Below, in pieces: positions 57,111 through 64,000 of a stretch of 64,000 nucleotides of DNA. The position numbers and the translations under genes are program-made. Every line of letters begins with the position of its first letter. Positions within the stretch are counted from its first letter, which is position 1. The DNA comes from Camelus dromedarius. Lineage: Eukaryota. The notes beneath the pieces were generated by a model. That model had not been told where the DNA came from. It ran no database searches and worked only from the letters and a program-made list of their open reading frames with translations. The stretch covers positions 75,082,001 to 75,146,000 of the forward strand of contig NC_087444.1 in NCBI RefSeq assembly GCF_036321535.1. The letters run 5' to 3'.

Positions 57111-57839
57111 CACATTACCCCCCGTTTCTCCAGAAGTCCCTGCTGTATTGTCTTAAGCTCTGTCTGTCTTCTCGCTCGCTCTCTCTCTCTCTCTCTCTTT
57201 TTTTTTTTTTTTTTATAACTGCTGCCTATTTTTCCTAGAAGCCGGGACAGAGAGAAAGAGGGTACCAGTGGAGGGAAAGAAGTCCTTGTGATTAGACTTG
57301 GAGAAGACGTGTATAGGGATTGACAGGTGTACATTTGGAACCAGACATTCAAGGTCACTGATCTGTCACAGACATCAAACAGATGTGGCCATTCAGTATG
57401 TATGACACATAGTCTTGGTCTCAGAATCTGGGCGGCTTAGTCAAACTCAGTGTCGTACAAGGACACAGATGTGGTCACACAAGGTCATGGACATACATAT
57501 ATGAACAGCTGGGCTTCCGAACTTAGGTACATGTATAAAAATGCACCTTCAGCTGAAATTCATGTGCATGGGTTACAGCTTCAAGAATCAGCACAGATGT
57601 TCCTATGTGTGTATTCAAATATGTCAATTAAGTTAAGGGCAGACAGACAGACAGACAGACAGACACACACACACACACACACACACATACACACACTCAT
57701 ACAGATTTGGACATGGAAGCTCGGCTAAATCCACATTCTCCAGGGTAGATCTAGATATCTGATGATAATCACCACCCCTACATCTTTCAAATTCTTTTTT
57801 TTAAACAACTTTTACATTAAAATTTTTTTTAAATTACAT

Positions 57840-57868
57840 TTTGTTTTCTTTGGGGGGGGAGGTAATTA

Positions 57869-57923
<55 letters not shown>

Positions 57924-57985
57924 AGAAGTAATTAATGGGGATTGAACCCACAACCTTCTGCATGCGAGGCATGCGCTCTACAACT
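57840..57985 (-). mobile_element. Camelid-type SINE carrying a (GAT)n microsatellite (57870-57922)
   Basis: gggaggtaattag + (atg)n of about 17 units + ggggattgaaccca...catgcgctctacaact. Confidence 0.8.
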
Positions 57986-58022
57986 GTCAAATTCTTGAGA
58001 GCAGCACTAAACTCTGGTCTCT

Positions 58023-59255
58023 CCAGGAACGCAGTATTGCTTTTGTTTCACTATTCTCCTAGGTAGAGACAGCTCCACTGGTTTAGGTGTGGCCTTTCAT
58101 ACCGCAATAGCTCTCATCTTTAAGTCAGGGAGCTAATGTGGGGATTCTGCTAGTTTCTGAGTCTGTCTATTCCAATCATGCATTTCAGAACTGGGGAAAT
58201 AATTCTAGACTAGGTTCAAAGACATGCTGGATCCACTGTGAGACAGACCTGAGCCAAAACTCCATTGATCACCTGTCCTCCGTAAACCTCTGCTCTGACT
58301 GGCAGACCACAGTGACTTTGGGGTCTCCTGGTATTATTGTCACTTCAGATCAAGGGTCCATGGATCCTTCCAAACTCTGATTATTTCCTTTATCCCAGTA
58401 AACTGTGACCCTAGCAAAAGGTTGTAGGTCCCTTTAGGGGAAGGCTGGAAGAGAAATTAACAGCATATAATTGTTTTGGTAGCATAGTTGAGTCTGTCCT
58501 CATGGGGATTCAGCCTCCCCTTCATTCAAGGGGTTCTAGGTCTGTCAATGGACTCAAGCCTGGGAGCTGACTAGGGTGCTGTGCGTCTCTGTTTTATGAT
58601 TCAAGTCAGACTTCTGTCCATGTGTCCTACAATACTTCTGCTTATACGGGTCAACAAAGAAGTTCATTTTGCCCATCTGTTTCTCTGCTACAGGTGCCAT
58701 GATCAACTAGCCAATGCCTGAGTCTCTGTGGCCATGTGATCAGATGATTCCGGTTACTGCTTTGACTCTGACGTCTAGTGCAGCCACCACATCCACCGTG
58801 TCTTGGTGATTAGGTGCTACCACTTGGCCCCCTAACACCACAGGACCCAATCATCTCCATTGCACTTAGGTTTCCCATTCAGTGGCCTCTCTTCCTACTG
58901 TACTTTCTGACCTACAGAGAAGAGCGATCACAGAACTCTCCAAGGATGCTGGCTCCCCTTGAAAATTTATTTGCCATAATTGTGATGAAAAATGTGTCTC
59001 TGGAGCCCCCCAGCATGGGCGAGCAGGTCTCAAATATATATTCGTTGTAACATCCCATCTCCTGAAGTCTTTGGGTTTCTTCCTCCATAGTTTATCAAGA
59101 TGGTTCTACCATTTCAACTTCATCTAGTGCAGGGCCACTTTTTGATCCATATTTCAGCCAACAAAACAAATAACCAGAGACCTTCTGACCCCTCAATCTG
59201 CAAGATGAAATCCAGAATTTCTGCTTAGTGAGCCCTTATCAATAAATTCCAATCA
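58023..59255 (-). mobile_element. Decayed ERV-L internal fragment (gag-pro-start of pol)
   Basis: The minus strand reads, with stops and frameshifts, EFIDKGSLSRNSGF, LAEIWIKKWP, HWLVDHG, RVTVYWDKGNNQ, SEVTIIPGDP, YGGQVINGVLAQV and IVKQKQYCVPG, which are ERV-L/HERV-L type motifs. No LTR is evident. Confidence 0.85.
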
Positions 59256-59256
59256 G

Positions 59257-59357
59257 GCGTGGGTGCTGGGTGTAGCTTGGTAGTAGACTGCATGACCAGC
59301 ATGCACAAGGTCATGGGTTCAATCCCCAGTACCTCCATTAAAAAAAAAGAAAAAAAG
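59257..59357 (+). mobile_element. tRNA-derived SINE of camelid type abutting the ERV-L fragment
   Basis: ggtgtagcttggtagtagactgcatgaccagcatgcacaaggtcatgggttcaatccccagtacctcc + A tail. Confidence 0.85.
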
Positions 59358-59858
59358 ACCAAGCCTTGCTGCTTTGACTTTTCAGAAGTTGGACAACACC
59401 CACAGAATCAGTTTCTCTTAACCTCCCTGGTGTATCTCCTTCCTTTGGGACCCTGTGGCCCTGATTAAGGCTCCCATTTCCCAGATGGCAAAACTGAGGC
59501 CCAAGGAGGAAAAGCTATTTGCTGGAATCCCTTGGAGGGAATGGAAGCAAGGAGGACAGTTTGAACAGAGCCCGTGCTTCTCTAAGACTTTATTTCTGGG
59601 CTTAGGGGAAGGGACAAAAAAGGGGAAAAACCAACTTTCTCTACCAATGGGAAGGCGGGGTCAACATTGTGCCACTAGGGGGCACTGTGTACAGGAAAAG
59701 ATTCTAGGGGGGCCTGGACTCCTGGGACTGAGAGAGGACGGACCTGGGGGTCTAGACTCCTGGAGCAGAGGGAGGAAGGCACTGGGAACCCAGACTCCTG
59801 AATTCCTTCAGCAGCATATATTTGGGGGTTTCAGTTTCATGGGTCCCAGTCCCAGGAG

Positions 59859-62896
<3,038 letters not shown>

Positions 62897-64000
62897 CATT
62901 CAGCACCTGGCATGAAGGTCGATCTCAGGTGAGTCTGAGGGGCCCTGGGGCTCAGGTCTCTCCATCTCTCTCTTTCTCTTTCTCTTCCTGTCCCCTTGGG
63001 ATATTATTGGGCAGACAAGGACCGATACCACCTCCCTCCGATGCACACACATCGTAGGGTCTGAGACCAAGAGACTCAGAATCTAGACAGATTGAGAGGG
63101 AGAGAGAAGTGGAAAGAGAGAGAGAGCTAGGTGGAGAGGAAGGGATGGAGACAGTGTCTCTCCATCTGTAAACTGGGGGAGGTAGGAGGGTGGAGACCAG
63201 ACCCTTAAGGTTGGAGGGAGGATGGAGCAGTTGAGAGAGAGAATGAGAGACAGACTGAGAGGCAGACTCATGGAGAGAGTGACTGAGAGAGAGAGAGACA
63301 AGGGGGAACAGAGGAGGAATTGGAGAGACACCATTTGTAGAAGAGGGAGGCCTGGAGACACAACGTCCAGTGGCTGAGAATCGCAGTGACGTGGAGCCAC
63401 AGGGAGAGTGGCTCACAAAGACTGCTGGGCTCTTAGAGGGCAGTGAGTGGGGACTCACCCGGCTGCCTCTGGGCTCTTGGATCCAGCGCTGGGCTGAGCT
63501 CCTGCCTGCTGCCTCCAACAGGGGTCCCCCTGGGGCTTATAAACATCCCCAGCTGGGCTGGCCTGCCCCCCCAGGGACACATTCCTGGGGTCAGGTGCTG
63601 CAAGCTTCCAGCTCAGTGCTCTCAGCAGCCAGGCTGCGGTCAGAGAGCCCCAGGGGCTGGGAGAGGGACGCCGCGAGGAGACCCTGGCCTCACCCCCCCC
63701 CACTTCTTTTTTGGCTATCTGTCAGTTTCTTCTTCTCTCCCTCTATCTTCCCCTCTCTCTCTTGCTCTCTTTCTCTCTCCTCCTTTCTCATTTTCTTCTT
63801 CTCTTAGTTTCTCTCTCATTAAATCTCTCCCATCTGCCCTCCGTCCCTCTCTCCCCCTACTGCGCTTCCGCAGCCAGACTTCCCAGATCAAATCCCCAGC
63901 ATCACATTCTACCTTTGGAACCTTGGGGAGGTGACTGCACCCTTGAGCCTCTGTTTTCTCATCTATCAAGAGAGAACGTGGGGAAAGCGCCTGGACACAG

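Overview
Mammalian genomic DNA, very probably camelid (it carries several copies of the tRNA-derived SINE I recognise from camelids). The gene order matches the ACP4-kallikrein region of human 19q13.33. In order: a decayed chemoattractant-type GPCR pseudogene at the GPR32 position (+); the 28-aa microprotein gene SMIM47 (-); ACP4 (+, 11 exons, intact); the C19orf48/SNORD88 host gene (-); two head-to-head claudin/PMP22-superfamily genes I cannot name (550 aa on -, 287 aa on +); KLK1 (-); KLK15 (-); a degenerate KLK4-like relic; a decayed ERV-L gag-pro-pol fragment; and KLK4 (-). The most striking observation is that the last exon of the snoRNA host gene holds an intact, GC3-rich, Kozak-initiated 288-aa ORF that reads as ERV-L (Fv1-related) Gag capsid with a C-terminal PPPPPY motif and no visible LTR or pol, i.e. 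a candidate domesticated retroviral gag gene. Next in interest: the unnamed tetraspan pair (one with an 11 x 42-bp coding repeat rich in RRVS sites), the loss of the canonical KLK15 start codon with a possible upstream rescue, and the kallikrein relic. All homology calls come from manual reading and recalled family motifs; no database search was run.
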